Positions 14,828 to 26,756 of a stretch of 64,000 bases of DNA are shown piece after piece. The notes below the pieces were generated by a model that searched no databases, was not told the DNA's origin, and saw nothing but the letters and a program-made list of their open reading frames with translations. A program made the translations under genes and the position numbers. This DNA comes from Daphnia carinata (taxonomy: Eukaryota): positions 12,276,001 to 12,340,000 of the forward strand of contig NC_081331.1 of NCBI RefSeq assembly GCF_022539665.2. The letters run 5' to 3'. Within the stretch, counting starts at the first letter, position 1, and each line of letters opens with the position of its first letter.

Positions 14828-16552
14828 TTCTTTCACTATCCATGAAAAGTGAAATTCATTAGGCCCTTTCAGAGTATTCTTTTATTCGTAGACGTTATAC
14901 TGTGGATTTATAACTATCTTTCAGGTGGGCAGCGAAAGACGTTGTTCATCATTATTGTTTTGCTTTTTTATGCTGTCAAATTTCAAGTTATGACCGTCTG
15001 CTTGTACTTGTAAGGCGCTTTACTAGAACCTTGCTAGATGACTCTTAAGCATGGCACCCCGAGAAAATGCGCGCGTATTTTTAGCATTTTAACTTAAATG
15101 TGTAGGGAGTTTGTGTTGTATTAAAACCCAAGATTTCAGGAGATCAACAACGATATTTAAGTGCTTGAGTAAAGCAAGGTTTGAGCAACATGCGAGTGTT
15201 CGTGACTGTATATAGTTAGAATTTGGTCACACTGATCACGTAAACAACAGAAATAGTAATAAGACGTTTAAAGTAGGCTACATACTATAAATATGGAAAG
15301 TTCTGTGTTAGTTGTTCACGAATGCTGGTAGTGGACGCTTCAAATCTAGGATTAGTTTGCTTTAATGAATCTAGTATATCTCAAATATTCATAAGCTGCA
15401 ACGTCAATCAACCTCGTCCGGATCTCGTAATTGTACACTGGGCGGAATGTAGTTGCAAACTAAGCTTTTTCTTGCTAGTTATTACTCTTTCGGTTGCTTC
15501 TCTGGCACCATTGCGCGTACTATGTGTACCTTATGCAATCGATGCTTTAGGCACATCGATTTGTACCGTAAACAAAATTTCTAAGCAACAAATAATAGTG
15601 GTTTCCGCCTAGCTATTGCTTTCTCATTTTTCTTTAGTTGTGTAAACGCACTTGGTAACTTAACATACTAGTTTCAAGGAAACCATATGTCAGAATGTTA
15701 CATATACTTCCGTGTCACTGTTTGGCAATCAATCAGGCTCTTGTTGCAATCCTACATCATCGCAAAGCCATTAGGAAAAGGACTGTTTAGTGTTATTTTT
15801 GAATGGTTAAATGTCTGTCTCGTTCGTGCATATGAAAAATGGGAAACGACCTGTAGCATATGCATTTTCCTCTTCCCTATTTTCTTCCTCCTTAGCCGCA
15901 TATTGGCTGCTCATATCAATACCCATATTGCAAAAACTCTATTAAATCTGTTTGATTCTTTTTTGTTATGTGCCCTCCTACGCAGCGTTGAACTCAATAA
16001 CCTTGCGTTCAACGTACAGATCAATAACCCTTTAACTCCCCCCCCCTCTTATTTTCTAAACATGTACCTTAAAACTTTTTCTAACTTAATGTTTACATAG
16101 CTAATTTTCAATGAGGGATTTTTGGCACTGTATGTCAACTTCTTGGAGTTTCTGGCTTGAAAGTACTATTGACCGCATGTTCTATTTATTTTTCCGACCG
16201 AGACGATAATTTGTGGGAAGTGGGGCAGCTGTACTTGCAACAATAGACTATTTATTACGAACTGAGTACAGTCTACTATTCGTTTTCTAGTTGTAATGTA
16301 CGATTTTCTCCTCGCATCCAATTCGCTACTTCAACTTTCTTATTCTTTTTCATTGTTCCGCAATTGCCGAATCAAGTGCGCTCCGCATTGCGGAGAAAGA
16401 GATTGCCGATATCGGAGTGCTTGTCTTATAATCGAACCGTCCAGTCATAGAACCACGTCAGTCCGCTTCTCTTCCGCAAGTTGGTTTGATAGATAGTCAC
16501 CGAATTTACGTTCGTAGTTTGAACGATCCCGCATAACCTCACATCTGACGAC

Positions 16553-18351
16553 ATGAGAAATAGTTCTAACAAGTCGGTGTTTTTCAAAATGTCTCCGATG
16601 TCTAACACGGAACATCAAAAGACAGAAATTAGTGACAGCCCCGTAGGAGGCAGCTTTAAATCGGTTCTGCTCAGGTAAGCGTTTTGTGCCTGGACAAGTG
16701 AAAGACATTTTAAATACTAATCAACTGCACAGATGGAGAAGAAGCGTTTATCAGCTAATTTGGAAGCATCTTTTCATATACGCATTAACTTACATATTGC
16801 TGAGCATTTTGTATCAATTCATCCTTAATGAAGATGGGAAAAAGTATGATCTTACGCATGTTTAATATCCGATGTTTTCACTGCTCACCACGAAATCTAT
16901 TCGTCCTTTTACTAATAGAAATTTTAGGGTATTAGCTGAACATTGCTCCGGCTACTCCCGTAGCATCAATTTGATGATCATGTTAGGTTTTTTCACATCG
17001 ACTACTATGCAACGTCTCTTCAATATGCAAATAACGATACCTGGAACAGCCAAGTCCATCACAATGTTTATCTTATCTTTGAAACCAGGATTACCTGAAG
17101 TAAAGAAGCCAATAACTGTTACCGTAATAATTGTTACATAAGATGTTATTTGCATTTGTTTTCGCCAATGCCAAAGGGACCTATCATCATCGAGAAATAT
17201 GCCAGATGGCAAGTCCTGACTTGGGTTTTAACTTTTCGTCTCGTTTGTAAACCCCTGCGGGCAATTTATCCAGATCTTATGTCTCTACAAAATGCAGGTA
17301 ACATGAAAACTTCAATTCTTGTTTTCTTTTACAGCCGCGAAATCGTGAAAATTTTCAACCTATATTTTTATTTCAATGTACGAGGATTACTAACACATGA
17401 AGAGAGGAAAGTCATGGAAAACCCAGAACTTACCAGCAATACCACACCGCATCCTCTCATTGTTGTGGATTGTAAGAAATCGTCTATCTAGTTTCTTCAA
17501 TACTAAGTATTAAATCATATTCTAATGAGCCTGTGTACTGTCAAGGGATGCTGTTATTGCTGAAAGAAACTTTCTTAAAAAGTAGATACTTTTCTGAAAT
17601 CAATCACCTTAAGAACGTAGAGATAATCATGGCATTTAAGAAGAGCTGTGGCAATACCATCAAATTTGCAACCCAGAACATTTCACCCGCTCTCATTCAG
17701 GTACAAGCATGAATGAACCTATCTTCTTGTGTGCATGCGTGCATTTCTAACATCGTATGGGAATCGTAATTTTCTTATTCAGGCTGTCATCCTAGCAGTT
17801 TACGGCTTCGGTTGCATTACTTTAATGGCTCGAAATTTCAGCAAAGAAGATGCACCGATTTCTGACGCTGTAGTTGCCTACATCCCTCTCATGCCCGGAC
17901 TACAGGTAATAGCGGGAAAAAAATTAATTGGTTTGTGACAATCGTTGAAAAACCATACGTTCATGCGTGCTACTTCCCTTCGACGAACCACAGTTCTTTG
18001 TTTACTTTGCTTGGCTTTGTTTCGGGAGAGCTGCGGTTGATCCCTTCGGGGATGACGAGGATGACATCAACGTCAAACAGCTCGTGCAGTCACACATCGA
18101 GGTACTGTTTTTTTTTCTATTGGTGCCCGATAAAGCTGAAAAAAACCTGAGAAAGAGACAACAATTTGTTCGGACACATAATAACCGAATCTTTTTACGA
18201 ACTAGGATTCAATGCGGTTAAGGGATCTCTACAGTCGACAATTGACGGACGTTTTCCCAAAATTGGTAAACCAATCCTTTTCAGTTGTTCTTTACTGTTT
18301 CCGATTAAAAATCACTATCCCGGAAAACAGGAAGCTCCAATCGAACTGTGA
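16553..18351 (+). CDS. Divergent bestrophin-family anion channel, about 10 exons
   Basis: SFKSVLLRWRRSVYQLIW, LGFF transmembrane segment, AGLLTHEE, FFVYFAWL...DPFGDDEDDIN acidic Ca2+-clasp-like loop. Ends EAPIEL*. Start codon uncertain (16553, 16589 or 16598). Confidence 0.85.
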
Positions 18352-18891
18352 CATCGATCGGATTAACTTCCCATGAATAAACACGAATTTCGTGAGGTCA
18401 GTGCTACATGATACACTGCCTTAATGAGACATCAACTAGGGTTCCAGAACAGTGCCTTTCCACAGCACATTGTTTTCGTTTCCTTCGCTGCAATGTAGAG
18501 TACCAGGAACGACAAAGCACTTTCCAACTTGCCAAAAGGATTTCCTTGTGTGCCAGTTGTCTGGTGATTTATTTCTCGTTTGTCTTTTTAATCCATACGT
18601 GATACTTTTTCCTTCACATATTGTATATAAGCATATAATGCCATTCCTAACTAGTTTATCTACTACCCCAAAGTTTCACGCTACTTTATGGTTTTCCGAT
18701 GTAAAATTGGTGCATTAAGCAAGTGTAACAACAAAGGTGAATGAATAAGTATTACATCTTCATACCTCTGTTAATGGTACAATGCCATTCTGAATCACGG
18801 TTTTAATTTCATTATCCATTCGATCAATCAATTCATTATCCGGAAATTTACAGTGAGAAGGCAGAAAAAAGGAATCCTTCAATGTTGTAAT

Positions 18892-20393
18892 TTAACGTTT
18901 CCTGTTGCCTCCAGCCAAAATGCTGGCAATCCTGACGAAAATGTTGATAGTGTCCATATAAATTGAAATGGATCTAAAAACAATTCCGTTGAATAAGTCA
19001 CTATTACGAATAACATCACCTAAAGACAAAATTCTTACGCATTAACGGGATCGAATGGTCGAGCAGAATAAGGAGAGTGAACTTCGGCAGCGTGTACAAT
19101 TTTTTGGGTATCGTAAAGCAAGAACGCGGAAAAGAGAACCTTAACAGATAATTTCGATTAAGAATAAAACTAAAATATGTGTCGGTATTTTTCTTATAAA
19201 TTACCAGGCCACCGTAAAGAGCGACGGAATAGAGGCCAGCGCCAAGTGCCGTAGTAGGTGGTAAAAACATGCCTTCGAAAAATCGAAAAAAAATGATGCA
19301 TAAAATGCTTAGATAAAACTTGAAAAGAAGTGACTCACTTCCAAGCGATGCGGCAAAGACGGCGCCAAAACCAATGGCCAAGGGTCCTCCCATGTTCAAA
19401 AATTTCTCACTCGGGGCACAAACAGCTACGGTGGATAAGCCACCAACAATTCCTGCCGTGTACCTAATACCGAAAACAGATTGATTGTACGATAATGATG
19501 CTGAATGTTTTAGGCAATATTTTTTTTTACACTGCAGCACGAAGAAGCAATGGGCCACCTAGAAAACATAACGGGGCAACAACGGCACCTATGACAGCCG
19601 AATGAAGGGCCCAGGCAGCTTGCTTCGACCCGACCCCTGGTTGATAAGGTATACTGCGAACTATCATTCCTGTACCAATCATTGCAGCAATGCTGCCTAA
19701 AATGACCTACATGAATAAACAAGTTACTAATGCTATTTTATTGTTTGGCGCCCCTATATTTGAGACTCTTACCACCCAAGAATTTCCCATTACTGCCTTC
19801 ATAATTACAGGACTGCGAAAGCAGGCCATAGCTGAGGCAGCTGTCAACATTATGGAACCTCCGAAGTACATGTATGTTGTCCTTATCCTATCTTTAACAT
19901 ACTCAGGCCACATCCTGGAAGAGGATCATACAAGAAACAAAAGATATTTTGCATAAACTAAAAAAAAACAAAGGTGACAAAAACCTGGACACACTAACTT
20001 ACACAGATCTATCAATTGCCCCAGGTTCAGAGGCAAATCCTAGTCCATAAAAGCAAAGGGCACCAAGGCCAAGCCCTGATGCACCCAACACTAATCCTTT
20101 GCCAAGACTAAATGCTGCAATGTTGTTGAAAATTTGTTTCAGTTGGTGACAAAGACTAAAAAGGAATGAAATAACAAACACTTACCTCCTTCCCCAGCTG
20201 GAGCCATAGCAATTTCTTTCAGGGAACGGGATCTAGTAGCTCTGCGTGTTAAACTACCACGAGTCTGATTAGTCAATTGCCTTGACGTCAAGCTGTAGAT
20301 ATTTGGCTTTGAGAAAAGCACAGTTGCTTGTTTGAGGGAAGTTTTCCCAACAAAGTTCGTCAAACCACTACGGAGAACGTAGGCCGAAAACAT
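18892..20393 (-). CDS. GHITM: Growth hormone-inducible transmembrane protein (TMBIM5, Bax inhibitor-1 family), mitochondrial
   Basis: Basic presequence, GLGALCFYGLG, WPEYVKDRIRTTYMYFG, YTAGIVGGLSTVAVCAPSEKFLNMGGPL; C-terminus ...LAGGNRKR*. Confidence 0.95.
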
Positions 20394-21041
20394 TTTCAGG
20401 ACTTTGTGAACTTGTCAACAAGCAAGTTTTCGTACACCAAATTCCTACAATGGAGAAAAAATAGATGTAATTTAACGTGTAACGTTCTTGGATAACAATT
20501 CTTATCAATTTACCAGTCTGAGAAATTTATAACAGTATAGGGAATATGATGCCGCTGACCGAACAGTGGTAACAACACAAATGAAAATGATGTAACAGTC
20601 AAAACGCAATTCAACGTATTTAATTTTTGCAGACGATTCGTGGTACTAGAAAGTTCGACGTATGTTTTGTTTGGAAATGCGCCGTCTTGCGTCACAAACT
20701 CATGAGACCATGATGACGGTGTTGGATGTATGCTGAATCTGTATGCTAGATGAAATATTATACCTAATTTATATAACATAGTCAGTAAGGGAATTCTCAT
20801 CTCAGCTTAAGTTGTAATACAATGACTTGTTATAAAATTTGAAAACCCTGGAAAGTCTTATGATAACGTTTCAGCTTTTGTTATTCTTTCGCGGGAGTTG
20901 TGCGGAATAACGGCAATAGATAAAGGGTAAAGCGGCGAACAGCCTAAAACAAACTTAGCGTTCATGTTATGCCTATAGTATTTTTAAAGCTGGAGCAAAT
21001 CTAAACGCAATTTTTTCTAAAAACTAAATTAAATTAAAAAT

Positions 21042-21113
21042 TTCCCATACCGGGAATCGAACCCGAGCCTCCTGGGTGAAAGCCAGGTATCCTAGCCACT
21101 AGACCATATGGGA
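21042..21113 (-). tRNA. tRNA-Glu (anticodon TTC)
   Basis: Reverse complement TCCCATATGGTCTAGTGGCTAGGATACCTGGCTTTCACCCAGGAGGCTCGGGTTCGATTCCCGGTATGGGAA: 72-nt cloverleaf with A/B boxes, followed by a T5 Pol III terminator (21036-21040). Confidence 0.97.
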
Positions 21114-21649
21114 TATTACAATGATTTATATTTTTGTAAGCATTGTAAGTATATATTTGCAAACCATAGAAGAATTTTACAAAATGAAATTGTTAATACG
21201 AAAAGACGTGTACAATTTAACTAAAGAAATGCAAATACTATAATACAATAATACTGCAATATTAATCCCAATAACGCATAGCGCTAGATCGTCGTCCGCT
21301 TCCATAACCTTGAGAACGCCTTTGTTTTCAAGGTAAATAGTTTACTATAAAGTTTTTTATATCAATTTTAACGATTGAACAATGTTTTTTCAAATACATT
21401 AATTTGAAAAATAACCCAAACGAGCCATTTAAAAAAAAATTTCCCCATCAGAAACACAGAAAAAGCGAAATCAGAAGCTTTGGTCCCCCCGGTCATTTGG
21501 CCCTACCATACATAAGAAAGCTTGTTATTTGAATTAAATTCAATTTCCAGCTTTCCAAGTATTAGTGCTCAGTACTAGTATCAAGGTTTAGTTATCAGTG
21601 CTCATTCCAGGCTTTAGTGATCCATCCCAAGTGATTCTTCAAAGCAAAA

Positions 21650-23257
21650 ATGAATCGAGTAATCTTCGGAATTGCTGCGGGAGTGTCTGCCTTAACGGTT
21701 TTCCATTGGTATACGGCCCGAAAGCGCGAAGTTATTTCTTCTGCTGAAGTTGACAGTTTGAACGGGAGAAGTTCTGTCAATCCCCATGTCTTGTCCGTCG
21801 ACATCGGTGAAGAATCTTCGACTTCGGGAAACGTTCCAACTGGAGACCGTGAAAATGAGGTTGCCCTGCTCAAGAAGGAAATGTTGAGACTGGAAAAGGA
21901 AAGAGACGAATTCGCTTTGCAAACGCAAAAATTATCCGAACAACTTTTGGAAGAGACATCCCAACGCGAGTATCTGGAAGCGAAGAGCTCGTACCTTCAG
22001 GTGGAAATCGATATTAAAGCACGACTTTTCGAAAATGATCTTGATGATCTTCGAGCCGCCAATCGTGAAGCGATGATTGCAATGCATGATGATTTCTCCA
22101 AACAAAATGTGGCATTGCAGTTGGATAATGCTCGTCTCCGTTGCCAAAACGATTCGGTTTCGAACGATCTGATCAACGTTAGAGCTGAACGAGCCCAAGC
22201 TCTTTTGGAGAATGCCACTCTTGCCGAAGAAGTCGGCGATGTACAATCCAAGTTGCAAGCAGCACTGATCAACGTGCAAGACCTGAAAAAGGCAGCTGAT
22301 TCCAGCGAGAAGGAGCTATTGCAAATCCGTGCTGAACTGGTTACCAGCGCAGCAAGAATTGCGGAACTAGAATCAGTGAACCTTTGCCAGAGCAACAAGC
22401 TTGCGCAATTGGAAATGATCGTCCAAGAACAGAGCAGATCGACTCTCGTGACTTCGGAATCGGAGGAACCTGATGCTGCTCTCGAGAATGAAACGTTGCC
22501 CGTATTGCACGCTCGTGATGAACAGACTGAGGTTGTTGACGAATCTGCAAAGCCATCTTCCCAAGATGACGCGCAGGACGTCGCTACTCCTCCACTCGTG
22601 CAAGAGGCTGCTCCACGCCGTGAAAAGGTTGCTCGTGAACCACAAGTTCCCGTGTTTCCATGTATGGATATCCGCTTTAGGAATCAAGATATTCAAGGAT
22701 ATACGATCGTCATGGATTCGTCAGGTGAACTTCAGGATACCATCAGCCCAAATCAACAACTCGCTGAGGAGTTGAAACCTGTGGCATCACCACCAGCCAA
22801 ACAGGAGGCACCATCTAACGTGACGTCTTGTGCCTTTAAGGTCATCAACGCAGTCGTTGAGCACGAACTATCTGGAAGCTATCAGCTGCTGAACATTGCT
22901 TCGCAATACTACGGCCAGATTATCGGCAAGGAAGGAAAACACGTCAAGGCATTCCAGAAGTCGCATGGCGTAAAGATCATGGTTACGCCTCCAAGAGGGC
23001 CTCACGGTCAAATCCGAGTTACGATTACACAAGGAAACAACGAAGGGCGCCGCACCGTGGCCAAGCAAATTGTCGAATCTCTACCCTCCCTCGTCGAGAT
23101 TCCTTTTGCGTCCTTAGGACGGCTTACACCCCAGCGAAAGAAGCAATTGTGGACCCGCTACTTTGTGGATATCGTTGAAGACGAATCGAGCAAGAAGTGC
23201 GTGTTGCGCGGAAATTTAGGCAACTGTCTGCGCCTTTTCAAGGAGCAGAAAGTCTGA
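21650..23257 (+). CDS. Intronless 535-aa protein: N-terminal membrane anchor, long coiled coil, acidic/Pro linker, KH domain plus a degenerate second KH-like module
   Basis: Single uninterrupted ORF. Anchor VIFGIAAGVSALTVFHWY is followed by ARKR; heptad-rich region about aa 65-260; KH GxxG loop YYGQIIGKEGKHVKAFQKSHGVKIMV. Confidence 0.85.
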   Translation: MNRVIFGIAAGVSALTVFHWYTARKREVISSAEVDSLNGRSSVNPHVLSVDIGEESSTSGNVPTGDRENEVALLKKEMLRLEKERDEFALQTQKLSEQLLEETSQREYLEAKSSYLQVEIDIKARLFENDLDDLRAANREAMIAMHDDFSKQNVALQLDNARLRCQNDSVSNDLINVRAERAQALLENATLAEEVGDVQSKLQAALINVQDLKKAADSSEKELLQIRAELVTSAARIAELESVNLCQSNKLAQLEMIVQEQSRSTLVTSESEEPDAALENETLPVLHARDEQTEVVDESAKPSSQDDAQDVATPPLVQEAAPRREKVAREPQVPVFPCMDIRFRNQDIQGYTIVMDSSGELQDTISPNQQLAEELKPVASPPAKQEAPSNVTSCAFKVINAVVEHELSGSYQLLNIASQYYGQIIGKEGKHVKAFQKSHGVKIMVTPPRGPHGQIRVTITQGNNEGRRTVAKQIVESLPSLVEIPFASLGRLTPQRKKQLWTRYFVDIVEDESSKKCVLRGNLGNCLRLFKEQKV

Positions 23258-23644
23258 AAAGCCTATCCTTCATCTTGATGCTGACTCCTAGCAACAAACC
23301 AAAGAGATTGATAGACGAACCCGTAAATGGAATTGTCCGCTGTCGTGTGTTGGGACTTTTCTCGGTTTTGTTTCCATCGTCTTCTTCATGGCACAAGTTT
23401 GCATTCGTGTGATGAGATGTCGATACTGCACTTATACTCGTTAAAAGTGCATGTCGCGTCTGACGCATGTTTGCAGCCGTCAGAAGAAGAACCCCACTTG
23501 ATTTTTCTGTGGGGATGGCAGAGTACGCAGAACGTCCACCACGCCAGTTGTTCGGCTACCTTTACGGGGGTTTCCTCCTTAAATGAGTCAATCAATCCTG
23601 AAAGTGCGTTACTATAGAGGAAGGCAAACAAATATGGTCTCATT

Positions 23645-23975
23645 TTGTACATAACGTAAATATTTTTCCTTACCTATGTATATCCGCAAAATTATTGTTT
23701 TCGACGCAACACAGTTCAAAATTCACAGGACGATATTATCAGTCATGTTGGGTTCTTACCTTGTAACGTGTTGTAAATATCTTTCTGTACTTATAAGTTT
23801 CTCTCCACAAAATTGTTCTTTTCGCATCTAAAGTTCAAAATTCTGTTTCATATTTTCAATAATGTTTGATTTTACCGTGTACATATTGTAAAATATCTCT
23901 AAGCATTTGGCTCGCCCCGAAATTGTTCTTTTCGGCACCACTTTTCCCAAAATTCTCTGTTTCGTGTTCAATAAA
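23645..23975 (+). repeat. Three degenerate tandem copies of a ~116-bp unit in the presumed 3' UTR of the KH gene
   Basis: Units start near 23645, 23761 and 23877 and share tgta..gtaaata..aaatt(g/a)tt..ttttcg..caaaattc; the array ends at an AATAAA near 23970. Confidence 0.7.
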
Positions 23976-24397
23976 ATTATAAAAATTATTACGACGTTCA
24001 GTGTTTCTCAATTATTACCGCACCAAGAACAAGAACGAAAGGTAACGTCAACTTTAATTAAAACATAGAGAATTGTATCAAACAAAACAATTAGTATAGA
24101 AGAAATTTGTTTAAGCTGGTCAGAGTAATCTAAAATGAACCATCATATAATTATACGTACGCAACCTTCAATACTAACCAGACAGCTGAAAAATTATTTG
24201 CATTTTACTGATAATTCACGGCATGATACGATTAAGGAATAGAGACGAGGAATGACTTACATTGAAGACTATGGTTGACTAAGTTAAGAACAGGTGTTGA
24301 AGATAACTTTATCCGTTTACTACACGCTCATATTGCCCGCTGGTATTTCTAGGATTGCCGTTCGTGCCGCTGTGAGACGTGTGCGAAATTGAATACT

Positions 24398-25826
24398 TCA
24401 TTCCACCTGCAGATAGGGAAATAACGATTGTAAATTATTCTTCTATGGTAACCCAATTGGAAATGGGAACTAGAAGCTTCAATACCTGAAAGAAAACGTA
24501 GGGATGATCGGACAGGGAATCTTCCCAGAATTTCCAATCGTGAAATTGAATATTTTCACCACCCAATGTAACGTCGATGAATGTATAATTTTCCGGGATG
24601 TACTTCAACTTGTACAGTGGTGGACTAGCCAGATGCATGTCGTATTGATCCAACAGTCGCTCCAGCTCCCGTCCGCGCTGATCAATCTTCCGATAGACCT
24701 GTAATGTTTGTTTCATTTGCATACAATAAAGCAACTTGTTTTGTGTTTCCTTTGCTAAATTATGCAGCACAATATTTATTAGCACTATGACAAACCATGC
24801 CGTTATTCCATTTTGGATGTTTGGCGCTGGCATCCATCCCAATCACCAAAGTGGGTGGCGCTTGTTCCAGCAATGGCAGCAAAGTGGAACTCAGATTTAA
24901 CGAACTTGGTCGGCAGAATACGGAATAAAAGTGATATGTTTTGTTGCCCGACCTCAGTTGAATCTGTCGAAATTATAATGGTTATAACTTATCGTGCAGC
25001 CATCATTCTATTCGCTCTAAGCGATTTATTAGCTTTTATAACTCTTACCCCGGCAATATCATTACGACTGTACGTGCACATTTTGGCTCGTAGCGTGTTC
25101 TTGGCTATTACTGCCGCTCCTGATGTGTGGTGCTCTGTTAAATTGTGAAAAGCAGTATAGCCAGCCGGTACTCCATACAACTCGGGCGCGCCTGTTCCGA
25201 GAGCATATGGTTCCTGTATTAAAGCAATATCGATATTGCGGTCAACCAACAAACGTTTGGTCCTCTCCATGGCCTTTTTCTTGTGCTGTAAGTTGATCTA
25301 GCCGTGAAATAGGGCATAAAAATTGGTTAAATTCGTAATTGAAAAGTGCTGCTGGTTTTTGAATTACTTGTAAACACCGAAGAAGAATTTCAGGATGTGG
25401 TTGTTGGAAAGCGTTCGTCTCGATGCTATTAGGTCCACCAACATGCGGCAAAACGTTCCATAAGGACATCCAGGCAGCGTCGTTTCGTTTAACGGTTGGA
25501 TCGGCCAATACAACCGAAGGGCGTCCTTTAATGTCCGTCATGAGAACAGATGAGCGAGATTTCAGCTCGTCTGCTGGATATTTGACTAACTGCAAATGTC
25601 GGTTTTCCGCCACCAAATCTTCAAGGCGAGTTTTCCATTGCCGATTTTCATGTGTTAACCTTTCGACTATCTTCTCTAGCTCTTCAATTCGCTTTGTCAT
25701 TCGTTCTTTTTCTTTATTATGCTGAAGTCGTTCGCTAGTCATATCACGGTGTTGATTGATTTGGCCGGCTCTTATTTGGGGTGCAACCAGTGCATTCTTC
25801 TTACCAGCATCTATTAGAAGAGACAT
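24398..25826 (-). CDS. Intron-containing gene: leucine-zipper-like coiled coil fused to a non-LTR-retrotransposon-type AP endonuclease (EEP) domain, no RT; exons 25826(or 25810)-25368, 25297-25049, 24963-24796, 24698-24486, 24406-24398
   Basis: Removing four GT-AG introns gives LRCLQ|INLQHKKKAMERTKRLLVDRNIDIALIQEPY...DIAG|IQLRSGNKTYHFYSVFCRPS...LVIGMDASAKHPKWNNGM|VYRKIDQRGRELERLL...FIDVTL...SLSDHPYVFFQ|VE*, with all LINE APE motifs in order. The 5' end is uncertain. Confidence 0.82.
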
Positions 25827-26756
25827 TGAAAGTAGAATGTTTAAATGAATTTTGTGTTAGGAACTGCAACAAGATCAATGCGTCTTTACTCTTTCATTAT
25901 GTTTTGAGTGTAATACCATTGTAAATGGTTACACAAACGACTAGAATTCACGAACTCTAAACATAAAAAATCTGGCACGACATGTCAAAATACACGAAGA
26001 ACGGTGTATCACAAGCAAGTACTGTTTTAGGATAAAAAGCACCATGTAAAATCAATTTAAATAAGCTACAGTCTAGGCTTTTTTGGTTATAAAAGTTCTC
26101 GGTATCAGTTGGTTCTATCCATGTCCCTATTCTCCACTGTTCTCATTCTATTGATTATTCGTTAAGCGAGGCGACTTATAAGAATGCTAGATACGTTACG
26201 AGTCTTTGTTTCGTTGCACCAAATGGCTAATATAATTTAGCAGGAAAGACCAAACTTCCCCCTGAAAAGAGGCAGTTTGTTCTCTTTTGGGAATCACGCG
26301 TTTTTACTGGGTACCGGTCTTTTGTTTGTTTTTGTGGAAGCACATACGCTACTGCAATAAAAAAAAGGAGAAGCTTCAAGAGGACTGATAAATGGCTATT
26401 GTAAAGGATACACGTGTTATGTTCCCAGGTCATTGTAACGCAGCGAGGAAATCCTATATAATTTACCGAAAGGTTTCAGACCAATCCCATCAAATAACTC
26501 ACGCAAAGGTATCAAATGATGATTGCCAGGCCATTGAATACGGTTTATGACTGTGACTTACTCGTTTCAGACCACGGCTTATTCTATGGGAATGTTTTTA
26601 ATTGTAAGAGAGTATGTTTTCGGACAATAAATAAAGCATTCCAAGTTAAATAAACGTGGAATACTTTAGCATTCTTTACTGCCTTAGGCGATTAAAGTTG
26701 GCAAAGTGCTGCTACGTTACTTACAACAATTCATTATAAAAAAATTTTAAACAAAA

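Noticed and set aside
15322..16100. ORFs of 96 and 137 aa between JKAMP and the bestrophin gene
   Set aside because: No recognisable motifs or exon structure; composition is typical of AT-rich intergenic sequence.
24349..25826. Reading the region as a decayed, frameshifted LINE fragment
   Set aside because: Each break in the frame coincides with a GT-AG intron of typical size, and the spliced frame is intact. No RT, poly(A) tail or target-site duplication is visible.
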